Shown in pieces: positions 40,729-49,904 of a DNA stretch of 64,000 nt; within the stretch, counting starts at the first letter, position 1, and each line of letters begins with the position of its first letter. The stretch lies in IMG/VR virus record IMGVR_UViG_3300025018_000135; one strand, written 5' to 3'. The notes beneath the pieces are model-generated. The model made no database searches. It was given only the letters and a program-made list of their open reading frames with translations, and was not told the origin of the DNA. Source of the DNA: an uncultured virus (IMG/VR IMGVR_UViG_3300025018_000135). Lineage: Duplodnaviria > Heunggongvirae > Uroviricota > Caudoviricetes. The position numbers were made by a program, and so were the translations under genes.

Positions 40729-41727
40729 TTAGTCTCCAGATTTTTGTTTAAGTATAAATTCTTTTTCCACTTTCTTGAGTTCTGATTTTAGTTTCATTGG
40801 GTTAAAGCACACGTTCATTAAAGGACAAGGTTCATATTTATTGTGATACTCTTCCATGTAAGTCTTTTTGCAGTCACAGGGTTTTTCTTCAATAAGTGTT
40901 TTAATCTCCGATACTTTTCTTTTCTCAATAGCAATACCGAAGTGTTTGTCGCTTAGTTTACACTTGCGTCTAACCTTCTGTCTGTACGTGCCTGAAAACT
41001 TTTTACCTTCGATAGCAAACTTTCTAAAGCCTGCATCACGGGTTAGATAAACAAGCATCCAACCGCCGATTTTAATTTTGTATTGTTTTTCAAGATAGTA
41101 ACAGTAGCTCTCAATCTGCGCCACGTTGTAGGAGTAGGGGAATATTTTCTCTACACCTGACAAATGTTTTTGCATGGCCTCAAAGCCACAAGTCTTGTAA
41201 TCAATTACATAGTATTTACCGTCTTCTTCAAAAAAGAATAAACCATCAAGGTGGCCTGTTGTAAACTTACCAAACTTCACGCCTAATTCGTGGTAAGCCA
41301 TTTCCCCGTCACACTTAGGGCAGGGCTTATAAACTGAAAACTTTCTTTTTCCTTTGCATTTTTTATCTTTACACGTCCAGTTACCAACTAGCTTTTTTCC
41401 TTTACCTAACCATTCCTGAATTAATTCGTGTGTTGTTGTTCCATTAGACGTGTAAAAGTCTCCATTAAAATCCAGTTCCTGCCATTCATCCACACCACCA
41501 AACTTCATTATTTTGAACCAGTGCTGCAAGCCACAATAAGGAAAAGAAGATGGGTGCAATTCGTAGGCGCGTTTAGGAGAGTGCCTTCTCTTTTTACCTT
41601 TAGTATTTCTGTCAATATAGTATTTAAATTCTGCGATGACGTGAGCCATAGGATCATCATCACCAACAGTGTCTAATTCAAAAAATTTGGTTTGTTTGTG
41701 TTGTTTTCCGTATCTAGAAAAACTCAT
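40729..41727 (-). CDS. Cas4-like PD-(D/E)xK exonuclease
   Basis: HPSSFPYC, GTTTHE, GHLDG, IDYKT, QIESY, C-terminal Cys cluster; internal zinc ribbon. Confidence 0.8.
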   Translation of the reverse strand: MSFSRYGKQHKQTKFFELDTVGDDDPMAHVIAEFKYYIDRNTKGKKRRHSPKRAYELHPSSFPYCGLQHWFKIMKFGGVDEWQELDFNGDFYTSNGTTTHELIQEWLGKGKKLVGNWTCKDKKCKGKRKFSVYKPCPKCDGEMAYHELGVKFGKFTTGHLDGLFFFEEDGKYYVIDYKTCGFEAMQKHLSGVEKIFPYSYNVAQIESYCYYLEKQYKIKIGGWMLVYLTRDAGFRKFAIEGKKFSGTYRQKVRRKCKLSDKHFGIAIEKRKVSEIKTLIEEKPCDCKKTYMEEYHNKYEPCPLMNVCFNPMKLKSELKKVEKEFILKQKSGD

Positions 41728-41747
41728 AGATCACCTTTGATTCAATT

Positions 41748-41793
41748 GACTACTTTACAGATTGTCTATCTTGATTTTATCTGTAAAGTAGTC
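41748..41793. promoter_or_regulatory. Divergent pair of ATCTGTAAAGTA motifs forming a 15-bp perfect inverted repeat
   Basis: GACTACTTTACAGAT (41748-41762) and ATCTGTAAAGTAGTC (41779-41793) lie between the divergent nuclease and primase genes. Confidence 0.75.
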
Positions 41794-41813
41794 GTCTAAT
41801 TAGGAGACGTTTT

Positions 41814-42782
41814 ATGTCCCACGTTATTGCAGAAATGATGAAAGCAGAATTAAAAAAGTTGGGTGAGGTAAAAGAGTCACACAACAATTACGTGGTGCTC
41901 TGTCCTTTTCATAACGAAGATACTCCGTCATTTAATGTCAACGTAGACCCTAGTAATCGCAGAGTACCTTTAGGGCACGGTCATTGCTTCGGGTGCGGTG
42001 CTTCTAAGAAATGGAATCAAATTGCAGAAGCTTTGAATTTAAGAAAGATAGACGAAAAAGGAATGTCAGAGGCTACGGCTTATGTTCGACCTTCTGACAA
42101 AAGACTTAAAGACAAATTACTTGGAAATAAAGAAGGTCTTACTATAAATAAACTAGCAGAATTGCTCGGTGTTAGAATGCCAATCGCATTACACGAATCG
42201 GAAAACTGGAGAGGTTTTAGTGCAAAGACACTGACAAAAATTGGAGTTGTTGTTGGTGTAGATGATTATGATAACAAAGCACTGGTAATGCCTGTTATTG
42301 TTGACGGCATTATTGAGGGTGGAATTAAAGCGCTTTGGTATAAACCTTCTAGTAAGAAAATGCCGAAGTACAAAAATCTAGAAGGGGAGTGGGCTAAACA
42401 TTCTGGTTTATTTCCTTACGATTATATAAAGAAAGCCGTTAAGAAAAAGGGGTATATTGTTTTAGTAGAAGGTGCAAGAGACGCACTGAGATTAATACGT
42501 AGAGGTGTTCCTGCTCTCGCTATATTAGGAACACAAACGTGGTCACAAGAAAAAAGAAATCTAGTATTACAATTAAATCCTGAAAAAGTTGTTATTATGA
42601 TGGACTGTGACGATGCTGGAATTAAAGCAACTAATGCGATAGCCAAAGACTTAAAAGGGAAAATAGATAGGCAGATTATTCCAATGAAAAAATATGCGGA
42701 GAAATATAAAATACTAGACTTAGACCCCGGTAACTGTCCAAGCAAACTTCTTACCAAAATTATTCATACCATTGAGCAATAA
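41814..42782 (+). CDS. DNA primase (CHC2 zinc finger plus TOPRIM)
   Basis: CPFHNEDTPSF...HCFGCG; LVEGARDAL; MMDCDDAG. Confidence 0.93.
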   Translation: MSHVIAEMMKAELKKLGEVKESHNNYVVLCPFHNEDTPSFNVNVDPSNRRVPLGHGHCFGCGASKKWNQIAEALNLRKIDEKGMSEATAYVRPSDKRLKDKLLGNKEGLTINKLAELLGVRMPIALHESENWRGFSAKTLTKIGVVVGVDDYDNKALVMPVIVDGIIEGGIKALWYKPSSKKMPKYKNLEGEWAKHSGLFPYDYIKKAVKKKGYIVLVEGARDALRLIRRGVPALAILGTQTWSQEKRNLVLQLNPEKVVIMMDCDDAGIKATNAIAKDLKGKIDRQIIPMKKYAEKYKILDLDPGNCPSKLLTKIIHTIEQ

Positions 42783-42814
42783 AAAAGGGGAGACGAAATT
42801 CGTCTCCCCTTTTT
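42781..42814. terminator. Bidirectional intrinsic terminator
   Basis: A6-GGGGAGACG-AAATT-CGTCTCCCC-T5 between convergent genes. Confidence 0.9.
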
Positions 42815-42823
42815 CTTTTCCAC

Positions 42824-43489
42824 TTAACTGTTTTTAAGGATATTATATTTCGCTCTAGCCCAATCTTGTACCAGAGGAAAGTCTTTACCTGCTTCTGTCA
42901 TAATATATTTGAAGTCTAGTACCCCAAGTTCACCTGCTGCTTTAAGAGTAGCCAACGTACCCCGTTCGTCTTTAGATTCTCTTAGCATTTCAATTGTCTG
43001 AACAACAGACATTTCAACACCGTTCATTTTACCATCGTCACTTATATCAACACCATTCAGATTTTTTGCCACCGCAGTTTCTTCAAGTATTTCTTCTGGA
43101 ATTTCAATATCATCAACATTTGTGGCGGTCATTACTGAACGTTGCAATTGTTGTGAATTAACCAGACGTTCTACTTCTTCTCTAGCGTCGTCTGTCTCCA
43201 TGACCTTGATAGCAGAATCAGAGTCTACTAGTTTAATCATGCCTCTTGCAAATGCGCGGCGGAAATCTGCACTTTCCATCAATTGTTTTTTACTTACTTG
43301 AATAGTTAATTCAATAGGAATCCAAGTTGCTGGAATAATTACAGCGTCCATACCAACACCGTTGGAACGTGGAACTGCAATTACGATCTGGCCACGTGTA
43401 GCACCTTTAGTATTATTAATAGCAAAAACTGAGTTGTCATTACTTGCTTCAAGTTGACGCAGTTCGATGGTTTTTAATTTGTCTGACAT
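42824..43489 (-). CDS. Hypothetical phage protein
   Basis: 221-aa ORF. Confidence 0.6.
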   Translation of the reverse strand: MSDKLKTIELRQLEASNDNSVFAINNTKGATRGQIVIAVPRSNGVGMDAVIIPATWIPIELTIQVSKKQLMESADFRRAFARGMIKLVDSDSAIKVMETDDAREEVERLVNSQQLQRSVMTATNVDDIEIPEEILEETAVAKNLNGVDISDDGKMNGVEMSVVQTIEMLRESKDERGTLATLKAAGELGVLDFKYIMTEAGKDFPLVQDWARAKYNILKNS

Positions 43490-44157
43490 TTTTGTTTCCT
43501 CTTTGATTTACCTAGACGCTTCTTTGATTTGCGTCGGTTATTTTTACCCTGACGGGTTTTAATTTTGGAAATACGTGAAAGTATCTGTCCCTGATAGATT
43601 TCCCTAAGTCCGGTGAGTGCCACTAAATTCGGTGGCTTTATACCAAGTGACTTTCCGTACTCCAAATAAACTCTTTGGTCGCATAATAGCGCTATTATTA
43701 AATTACTCAAAGAAAACTCAGTTTTCAAAATACCATATATTCTAGATTGGCGTAGTATTTTATCTAGTTTCTTTGATCTATTTATTGCTACTTCCAATGG
43801 CAGTGGTAATTTATTTTTTTCATACCAGTTTTTAGTAAACTCAATATATCTATCAAGTATAAAGAACCTTGTTATTTCTGACTTTCCTTTTCTAAGGACT
43901 GATTTGGTTTGTTCTTCTGTTAAGCCTTTATCAAGTGCGAGTTCTTCAACAGATTTTGACTCTCTATACAGACAGCCTTTTTCTCCGTCATGCCACATAC
44001 AAGTTTTTATTTTGCATTTCTTTAAAATCTTTTCCGACAAAGGACAAATAATAGGCTCGAAGATTACACTTATTTCTTTTTCACTTTTCTTTTTGGCAGG
44101 GCTTTTGCTTTTGGTATTCTTTTTGGTGGTCGTGTCGTTTTCTCTTCGAGCAGACAT
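43474..44157 (-). CDS. Hypothetical basic protein, possibly DNA-binding
   Basis: Cys cluster plus an HTH-like segment, SVEELALDKGLTEEQTK. Confidence 0.5.
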   Translation of the reverse strand: MSARRENDTTTKKNTKSKSPAKKKSEKEISVIFEPIICPLSEKILKKCKIKTCMWHDGEKGCLYRESKSVEELALDKGLTEEQTKSVLRKGKSEITRFFILDRYIEFTKNWYEKNKLPLPLEVAINRSKKLDKILRQSRIYGILKTEFSLSNLIIALLCDQRVYLEYGKSLGIKPPNLVALTGLREIYQGQILSRISKIKTRQGKNNRRKSKKRLGKSKRKQKCQTN

Positions 44158-44651
44158 ATCAATTTATTCCTCTCCTTTTTATTAGACAACAGAGGCAAAG
44201 CGTTTGCATGGTGGAAAGCCAACATCACTGCGTCGCATTCGTGAGGCAAAGCATGTACGGATTTATAAAAGGGGTCTAAATTCTTAGGAAGGTTTAAAAC
44301 TTTTTTAGCCGCATTTTTCCAAGTGACTGCCGTATATGGATAAATGGGTATATTAGGAAAGGCACCGAACAAATAACCAATCATTGCAGTAACTTGTTCA
44401 GCAGTAGGAGTGCGGAAGCTGCGAATTAAAAATCTTTCAATTGAAATAGCGTCTGGATTATATGTTTCTATTAGTTCTTCTATTTCGTCGCCGAAAGCGT
44501 CTAGTTGTAAGCGAGGGTCATCTTTTAAATCCACTAAAGTATTTTTAATCATTCCTAAAGCGGGAATATCGAACTTACATTTTTTATCGAAACTAACAAC
44601 AGAAAAGCCGCAATTTGCTGTGCCGGGATCAATACCTAAAATCTTTAACAT
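44070..44651 (-). CDS. ruvC: RuvC-like Holliday junction resolvase
   Basis: ILGIDPGTANCGFSV, ISIERF, HECDA; true start MLKILG at 44651. Confidence 0.88.
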   Translation of the reverse strand: MLKILGIDPGTANCGFSVVSFDKKCKFDIPALGMIKNTLVDLKDDPRLQLDAFGDEIEELIETYNPDAISIERFLIRSFRTPTAEQVTAMIGYLFGAFPNIPIYPYTAVTWKNAAKKVLNLPKNLDPFYKSVHALPHECDAVMLAFHHANALPLLSNKKERNKLICLLEEKTTRPPKRIPKAKALPKRKVKKK

Positions 44652-44702
44652 ACTGTTGCACCACGCTAATTTGATAGTAATGAAATTGGTGCAATTCTTA
44701 TG

Positions 44703-44715
44703 TACTTTACAGATT
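44703..44715 (-). promoter_or_regulatory. AATCTGTAAAGTA motif upstream of ruvC
   Basis: Exact copy of the repeated 13-mer. Confidence 0.65.
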
Positions 44716-44740
44716 TTCCAAAACACCTTCGGAGGGCTTT

Positions 44741-45952
44741 ATGCCTGTAAGAATTCCATCTAATAGAAACCTTGGGCCGCGTAACAGACGCACTGTTACA
44801 GTGGCTCAAAATGCAATTAAACGTGTCGCCCCTATGGCACAAGAACAATACGATAATGCAATTCAAGTTAACGGATATGAGTGCTTAATTTATCAAAGAC
44901 TAGAAAATGGGCGTAAGTGTTCGTGCAGCAAAGCCGCAAAAGTTTTACCAACCGTTTTAGATGAAGAAGGAAACGCAACACAGGAACATATTAATTCTCT
45001 ATTAACAGGTCAGGCTTTTGGTATTGATGAATATGGAAGTCAGCCTAACAATAAAACTACAGGTAATTCGTACACGTCACCTGCGCCTAACGAAGACGAT
45101 TTTCCTATACTAGAGGAAAAGTCCACTAATAGAAATATTACGCCAGATGATGTTAATGCAGTAGAGCTTGAACAATTTAATGATGATGATTTTATTTTAG
45201 AACAAGATGCTGCGATGGGTTCAATGGGTCGTTGTGGAGTTTGTTTTTCTTCAAGTTACGTGGGTGGATATAATTTATTTAACGGAATACGCTTGGTATA
45301 CGACACAACGTATTTTGATTCCAACCAAAAGGGTACAAGCAAAACTTATAAAGCAACTATCAATAAGTCTCAAGCTCCTAATACTTTTGAGATTAACGAT
45401 ATAGACGGATACGTGGAATTTGATATTGTTATTCCGAAAAATGTAATTGACGTTCACTTCATTAGAGTCTTTAATAATTTTGACGTTATACCTCAAGCTC
45501 TAATTCAAATTAAAAATTCCAGTATGTCGGACTTTATTGATTTAAATACTAGTAATGTATTTTCTTTTGCAACTGGATTACCTTGCAGTATTCGTATTTC
45601 TAAACTGGCTGTATTTACTCACGTAGAATTACAGTTCGCGGCTACTTATGAAGACACTAAAATAGAATATCCAAGAATTACCAAAACGGGGGATGTATCT
45701 GTAATAGAGGGAATTGATTCTGTAACACTGGTGGCTAGTCCTAAAGTTACAGATTTAAAGCCTTGGGATATTATTGCGGATGGGGTTTTCGGTAAATTAT
45801 GGCGAGTCACTAACGCTAATCTATTTAACGACAATCATTTAAATAATCACGGATGGGATATTCAAGCCCGTCTCGTGCAAAGTTACGAAGTACAATCCTA
45901 TTTGTTTGTAAAAGGTAGAAAACCTAAACAAACAACTAATTTTAATAGATAA
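44741..45952 (+). CDS. Probable virion structural/assembly protein
   Basis: First gene of the plus-strand block; CSC...CGVC...GG motif; beta-rich C-terminal half. Confidence 0.45.
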   Translation: MPVRIPSNRNLGPRNRRTVTVAQNAIKRVAPMAQEQYDNAIQVNGYECLIYQRLENGRKCSCSKAAKVLPTVLDEEGNATQEHINSLLTGQAFGIDEYGSQPNNKTTGNSYTSPAPNEDDFPILEEKSTNRNITPDDVNAVELEQFNDDDFILEQDAAMGSMGRCGVCFSSSYVGGYNLFNGIRLVYDTTYFDSNQKGTSKTYKATINKSQAPNTFEINDIDGYVEFDIVIPKNVIDVHFIRVFNNFDVIPQALIQIKNSSMSDFIDLNTSNVFSFATGLPCSIRISKLAVFTHVELQFAATYEDTKIEYPRITKTGDVSVIEGIDSVTLVASPKVTDLKPWDIIADGVFGKLWRVTNANLFNDNHLNNHGWDIQARLVQSYEVQSYLFVKGRKPKQTTNFNR

Positions 45953-45994
45953 GCGCTCTGTGCGAATAAGAAACCTAAGCTGAGAGAAACGGAT

Positions 45995-46375
45995 ATGAGT
46001 AGTGAAGTCAAAGTCAGCGTAGGGTCAGGTAATACTATCGAGAATCTGGTAAATTCTTTATTTACCGGGGGGCCATCAGATGCAGTTATTGCCGTCCTGC
46101 TACTGGTAATCATTTTGTTAGGATTGCTAAGTTGGAAACTAAATAAAAACAGTGAGGAAAATAAAAAAAGAGCAGATGAATTAATCGTAGAGTCTAATAA
46201 ACAAATGTTAGAGCTGTCTGCTAGGTACAGTGATTCTATAGAAGAGATACAAGAAAAACATAATCATGAAATAAGAATGCTAGGCACGTCACTTGAAGCA
46301 ACTAAATTAATTTTAACAGAAGTAAAAGTATTATTATCTGTTGTCGTCAAGCAACCAATGAAAAAGTCGGAGTAA
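45995..46375 (+). CDS. Single-TM coiled-coil membrane protein (holin/antiholin-like)
   Basis: TM segment AVIAVLLLVIILLGLLSW followed by a heptad-rich region. Confidence 0.55.
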   Translation: MSSEVKVSVGSGNTIENLVNSLFTGGPSDAVIAVLLLVIILLGLLSWKLNKNSEENKKRADELIVESNKQMLELSARYSDSIEEIQEKHNHEIRMLGTSLEATKLILTEVKVLLSVVVKQPMKKSE

Positions 46376-46379
46376 GAAA

Positions 46380-47267
46380 ATGAAAGGCAACGTTACTTTA
46401 CTGAAAGCGTCTGACATTTCATTACCAAAAACTAATCTTGAAGCTATGCACCAATTAAGGAAATTGTCATTTGAGTTTCACGTAGAGGCTCACGAACTCG
46501 CGGACACTCTTAGAAGGTTCCGTGAAGACTCTACTGTTCTTTCTGGTGTATTTAATATTCTCAATGACGCAATTATTAGAGTTAGTGGTGATGGTAGTAT
46601 TCTTTATATGAACCCCACCGCAGAAAAATTGTTCGGTGCTGATAGAGTTATGTGTAAAGGTAGGAGTATTTCATTTCTTGCCGGTCTGTCATTAAAAGAC
46701 TTACTGGAAGAGTTGAATACCAACGGAAAGAATCAATTGAAAATGTTCAACCTTAGCGGTAGATATTTCGACGCTTCTCTGTCGGTCACTGAAGTAGAAC
46801 ACGGTAAAGATAAAATAGAATACGTTTTCGTAATTCGTGATATGAGTGACATACTGAAAATGAAGTCTGCATTAATTGATTCTGATACTAAGTTTGAAGT
46901 ACTGTCTAAAGCTTTAGATGAAGCTACTGACGTTATTATTATTTCAGACTCAAATAATAAAATTATTTTTTGCAATAAAGCTTTTACCGAGCATACAGGG
47001 TATTCGTACAAAGAAGCTATTGGTAAAAATCCGGGATTTTATAAGTCTGGTAAAACACATGACGAAGTTTATGAAGACATGTGGCAAACTGTGCGTTCTG
47101 GAAAAGTGTGGCACGGTATGTTTATTAATACTGCGTTCGATGGAAGGTTGTTAACAGACGATACTACAATTACTCCAGTCTTACAGACAGCTTCGTCTAT
47201 GCCTACGTTCTATATCGCAGTTAAAAAAGTTATACAAAAAGGGGATTTAAATGAAAGATTTAATTGA
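46380..47267 (+). CDS. Stand-alone tandem PAS-domain protein
   Basis: PAS1: DAIIRVSGDGSILYMNPTAEKLFG...VIRD. PAS2: IIISDSNNKIIFCNKAFTEHTGYSYKEAIGKNP...MWQTVRSGKVWHG.FIN. No output domain. Confidence 0.9.
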   Translation: MKGNVTLLKASDISLPKTNLEAMHQLRKLSFEFHVEAHELADTLRRFREDSTVLSGVFNILNDAIIRVSGDGSILYMNPTAEKLFGADRVMCKGRSISFLAGLSLKDLLEELNTNGKNQLKMFNLSGRYFDASLSVTEVEHGKDKIEYVFVIRDMSDILKMKSALIDSDTKFEVLSKALDEATDVIIISDSNNKIIFCNKAFTEHTGYSYKEAIGKNPGFYKSGKTHDEVYEDMWQTVRSGKVWHGMFINTAFDGRLLTDDTTITPVLQTASSMPTFYIAVKKVIQKGDLNERFN

Positions 47268-47565
47268 TTTAATCAGCAGATTGACAAAAAGAGACATGAT
47301 TCGTGGCGGGGCTTTAATTCTAGTTCTGGCCTACATGTATTTTTCTGATGCCACTGGATTTAGTGTTGTAACTTATATGATTAGCTTAATGCTAGTCATT
47401 GCTTTGTTCTCGCATTTTATTCGCCGTATTATTTTCCCTTATCTGGATATGGGCGTAATTGCAAAAGCAGCTAAAGAAAGTCCTACAGGCGCTGCCGTTG
47501 TTTTTGCAAGCATCTGTTTTATTATCGGCTGCCTTATTATTTCAGTTGGTGGAATGTTGGGGTAA
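47251..47565 (+). CDS. Putative holin (3 predicted TM segments)
   Basis: 104-aa hydrophobic protein overlapping the PAS gene stop; upstream of the endolysin-like gene. Confidence 0.6.
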   Translation: MKDLIDLISRLTKRDMIRGGALILVLAYMYFSDATGFSVVTYMISLMLVIALFSHFIRRIIFPYLDMGVIAKAAKESPTGAAVVFASICFIIGCLIISVGGMLG

Positions 47566-47568
47566 CTT

Positions 47569-48243
47569 ATGTATAAGCTCAGAGACGATTCTGTAACTAC
47601 TAATGCAGAAGTTAGGTTTAAAAAGCCTTGGAAAAAAGACGGTGATTATTTAATACCCCAAACCAATACCAAAGAGAAATATAAAGTAGTTAAGGTTATA
47701 GAAAGCTCAGGTAAAGACACTCTGTTCGAGTGTAAATACTACAACGAACTTTGGTATATAGGACTAAGAGAAAAAATAGAAAATACCTATGATCTGATTT
47801 TCCTCTCTGAGTATCAAAAAAGAATTGCGCTACCTGCGCCTAGTCATTATTTTCAAGCTTACGTTGTAAAACGAAAAGATGAAGACAAAAGGTTCGCTCT
47901 AATTAGTTTTAAGCACATGCTGGAAAAGCATGGAATAATTGGAAGCGACACAGAGCAAACTGAATTAGGGTTTCGATATTGGAAAAAATTAATAGAAAAG
48001 TATTCGAGTCTTAATTGCTACTATTGCATAGATACTTCAAGTGACATACCAAAAGCTCTAGAGCCTAAAGTAAAAACGCTTAAAGTTAATACTTTGATTA
48101 TTCCTGTGAAAGTGTCCGGTGGTAAAATAGTAGCGAAAGACAGTAAATATAACGAGTATGTAGAAAACATGTTAGGCAATGTAGACAGTTTTTTGCTAAT
48201 ATCGAAAAACAAAATTCAGATTACTATTGATAAGGTGATTTAA
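47569..48243 (+). CDS. Hypothetical protein
   Basis: 224-aa ORF with SD.EQT..G..YW motif. Confidence 0.5.
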   Translation: MYKLRDDSVTTNAEVRFKKPWKKDGDYLIPQTNTKEKYKVVKVIESSGKDTLFECKYYNELWYIGLREKIENTYDLIFLSEYQKRIALPAPSHYFQAYVVKRKDEDKRFALISFKHMLEKHGIIGSDTEQTELGFRYWKKLIEKYSSLNCYYCIDTSSDIPKALEPKVKTLKVNTLIIPVKVSGGKIVAKDSKYNEYVENMLGNVDSFLLISKNKIQITIDKVI

Positions 48244-48714
48244 ATGTGTAAAGTAGAGAAAATTCTATCGCGTCTAGAAGAAACTGACATGGTTATTGCT
48301 ATGGCGCCAGAAGACTACAATAAAGACGCTGAAAAGGCTACTGAGTTATTCAACAAAGAAATGAAAAAGATATTCCCTAAAGCAGACTTTGCTGTTGCAA
48401 AAGTAAGACTGTTTGGTGGCGAACCTGCTGCTATTGGTTTTGGTTTTGCTTATGACAGACCTGCGATTATTCAGAACTCTAATACGTATACTCAATTTAT
48501 AATGCACCTGACAGACAAATCGGGCAAACAAAGAGATATGACTAGCTTTGAAATTGAAATGCTGCAAATGAGTTATAAGTTAGGTAAACGTGGTGCAGGT
48601 GTAACGTACAGAAAGATTAAAGGTAAAACTCCGATGGAAGCCACTAAGAAATTAATTGAGTGGTTTAAAAAGAACAAAGATGTTCTGATAGAAGTCGGCG
48701 AAGCTAACAAATAA
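48244..48714 (+). CDS. Hypothetical protein with KILSRLEE leader (putative internal head protein)
   Basis: Leader shared with neighbouring genes. Confidence 0.5.
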   Translation: MCKVEKILSRLEETDMVIAMAPEDYNKDAEKATELFNKEMKKIFPKADFAVAKVRLFGGEPAAIGFGFAYDRPAIIQNSNTYTQFIMHLTDKSGKQRDMTSFEIEMLQMSYKLGKRGAGVTYRKIKGKTPMEATKKLIEWFKKNKDVLIEVGEANK

Positions 48715-48750
48715 GCCTAATTTTAGTCATTAACCAACGGAGTAATTAAC

Positions 48751-49149
48751 ATGATCGACCCGAAGAAAATCCAAGACGAAATCCTTGCTAAAGTGCGCCC
48801 TATCTTTATGAAGCAAGGTGTTAAAATTACTAAGGGTAAAATTGACGGCCCTTATGAAACCCCGAACGGCGAAGAAACCCTTCACGACATCTGTTTTGAA
48901 ATTAAAACAGATGAAATGGGTATTTCTATTTTCCAGCATCCCTCTAAACCTAAATACAAGAATCAATTAATTAGTTTGGTAACTGGTAAAAACAAACGCA
49001 CTATTATTGCGTCTTTGCTTGGCATGTACGCTGAACCTTACGTTGAAACTGGTGCTTATGTGGCGGAAGTATTTATTGCGCCGATGAACGCTAATAAACT
49101 GGAGCTTGTTGTTGTAGTTGCAAGCGGTTCAGATAAAGCCAAGAAATAA
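48751..49149 (+). CDS. Hypothetical protein
   Basis: GGAG Shine-Dalgarno site; 132 aa. Confidence 0.55.
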   Translation: MIDPKKIQDEILAKVRPIFMKQGVKITKGKIDGPYETPNGEETLHDICFEIKTDEMGISIFQHPSKPKYKNQLISLVTGKNKRTIIASLLGMYAEPYVETGAYVAEVFIAPMNANKLELVVVVASGSDKAKK

Positions 49150-49257
49150 GAATTAGGGATGTAGCGCTTTACGTTTCTTTTACTCTGCTTAGGCATTTGT
49201 TTTAGAGTGAATGGTAGCTACATTCCTTCCTAATTAATCAAACACAGGAAAACGAAG

Positions 49258-49575
49258 ATGGATATTAAAAATAAAATTGAGTCTCGATTAAATATAGAAA
49301 CTGCCGCGTCAGATAGTCAAATAATTAAAGACTGTAGTAAGGCCATTAAAGCTAACAGTACACTTACACCTATCGAAAAGAAAAGCGAAGTTGGCGGAGG
49401 CGAGTGTTTTATTGAAATCGACTCGAATCGTGGTGGAAACTTAACTGAAAAAGACTTGGCTAGAATTAAAACGTCTTTGTCTAAGTACAAGATTTCAGGG
49501 ATTACTATTCAGTTCAATGACAGTTCTAATGACCAGATTGTATTTACCTCAGATGCTTTCGTGGGGGAAAGTTAA
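49258..49575 (+). CDS. KIESRL-leader protein
   Basis: MDIKNKIESRLNIETAA. Confidence 0.6.
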   Translation: MDIKNKIESRLNIETAASDSQIIKDCSKAIKANSTLTPIEKKSEVGGGECFIEIDSNRGGNLTEKDLARIKTSLSKYKISGITIQFNDSSNDQIVFTSDAFVGES

Positions 49576-49576
49576 A

Positions 49577-49894
49577 ATGGACATTAAAACCAAGATCGAA
49601 GCGCGTCTTGAAAACAAAGCATCTATCAAAGATGAAAATTACTACGACGGTATGTTGTCAGATGTTCACAAAGAATTGAAAAAGATTTTTGGTGCCACGA
49701 AAGTAAAAGAAGGAAAGTTTTTAGCATTTAAAGACGAAGGTCTGAAAACCTACGTTGTTACTACTGGCTTTAACGTAAAAGACTCTAATAAAGTAATGAA
49801 GCTGATTAGTAAGTATGGTATTAGGGAAGTAGAGTTTAATGCAGGTGCCAAAGGTGAAATGCACGTTGTTGTCCACTTCGACTTAAAAGACTGA
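49577..49894 (+). CDS. KIEARLE-leader protein, copy 1
   Basis: MDIKTKIEARLENKA...; ATG at 49577. Confidence 0.7.
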   Translation: MDIKTKIEARLENKASIKDENYYDGMLSDVHKELKKIFGATKVKEGKFLAFKDEGLKTYVVTTGFNVKDSNKVMKLISKYGIREVEFNAGAKGEMHVVVHFDLKD

Positions 49895-49904
49895 GGGAAA
49901 TAAA

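Noticed and set aside
647..41676. Numerous plus-strand ORFs of 60-150 aa (e.g. 32373-32762, 25397-25852, 11146-11469)
   Set aside because: Antisense shadows of well-supported minus-strand genes; F/L/S-rich composition mirrors K/E codons.
40729..41727. Cas4 as evidence of a CRISPR-Cas system
   Set aside because: No cas1/cas2 or array in the window; stand-alone Cas4-like nucleases are common in phage replication modules.
49517..49576. N-terminal extension of ORF 49517-49894
   Set aside because: It overlaps the upstream gene; the identical duplicate shows the true start is ATG 49577.
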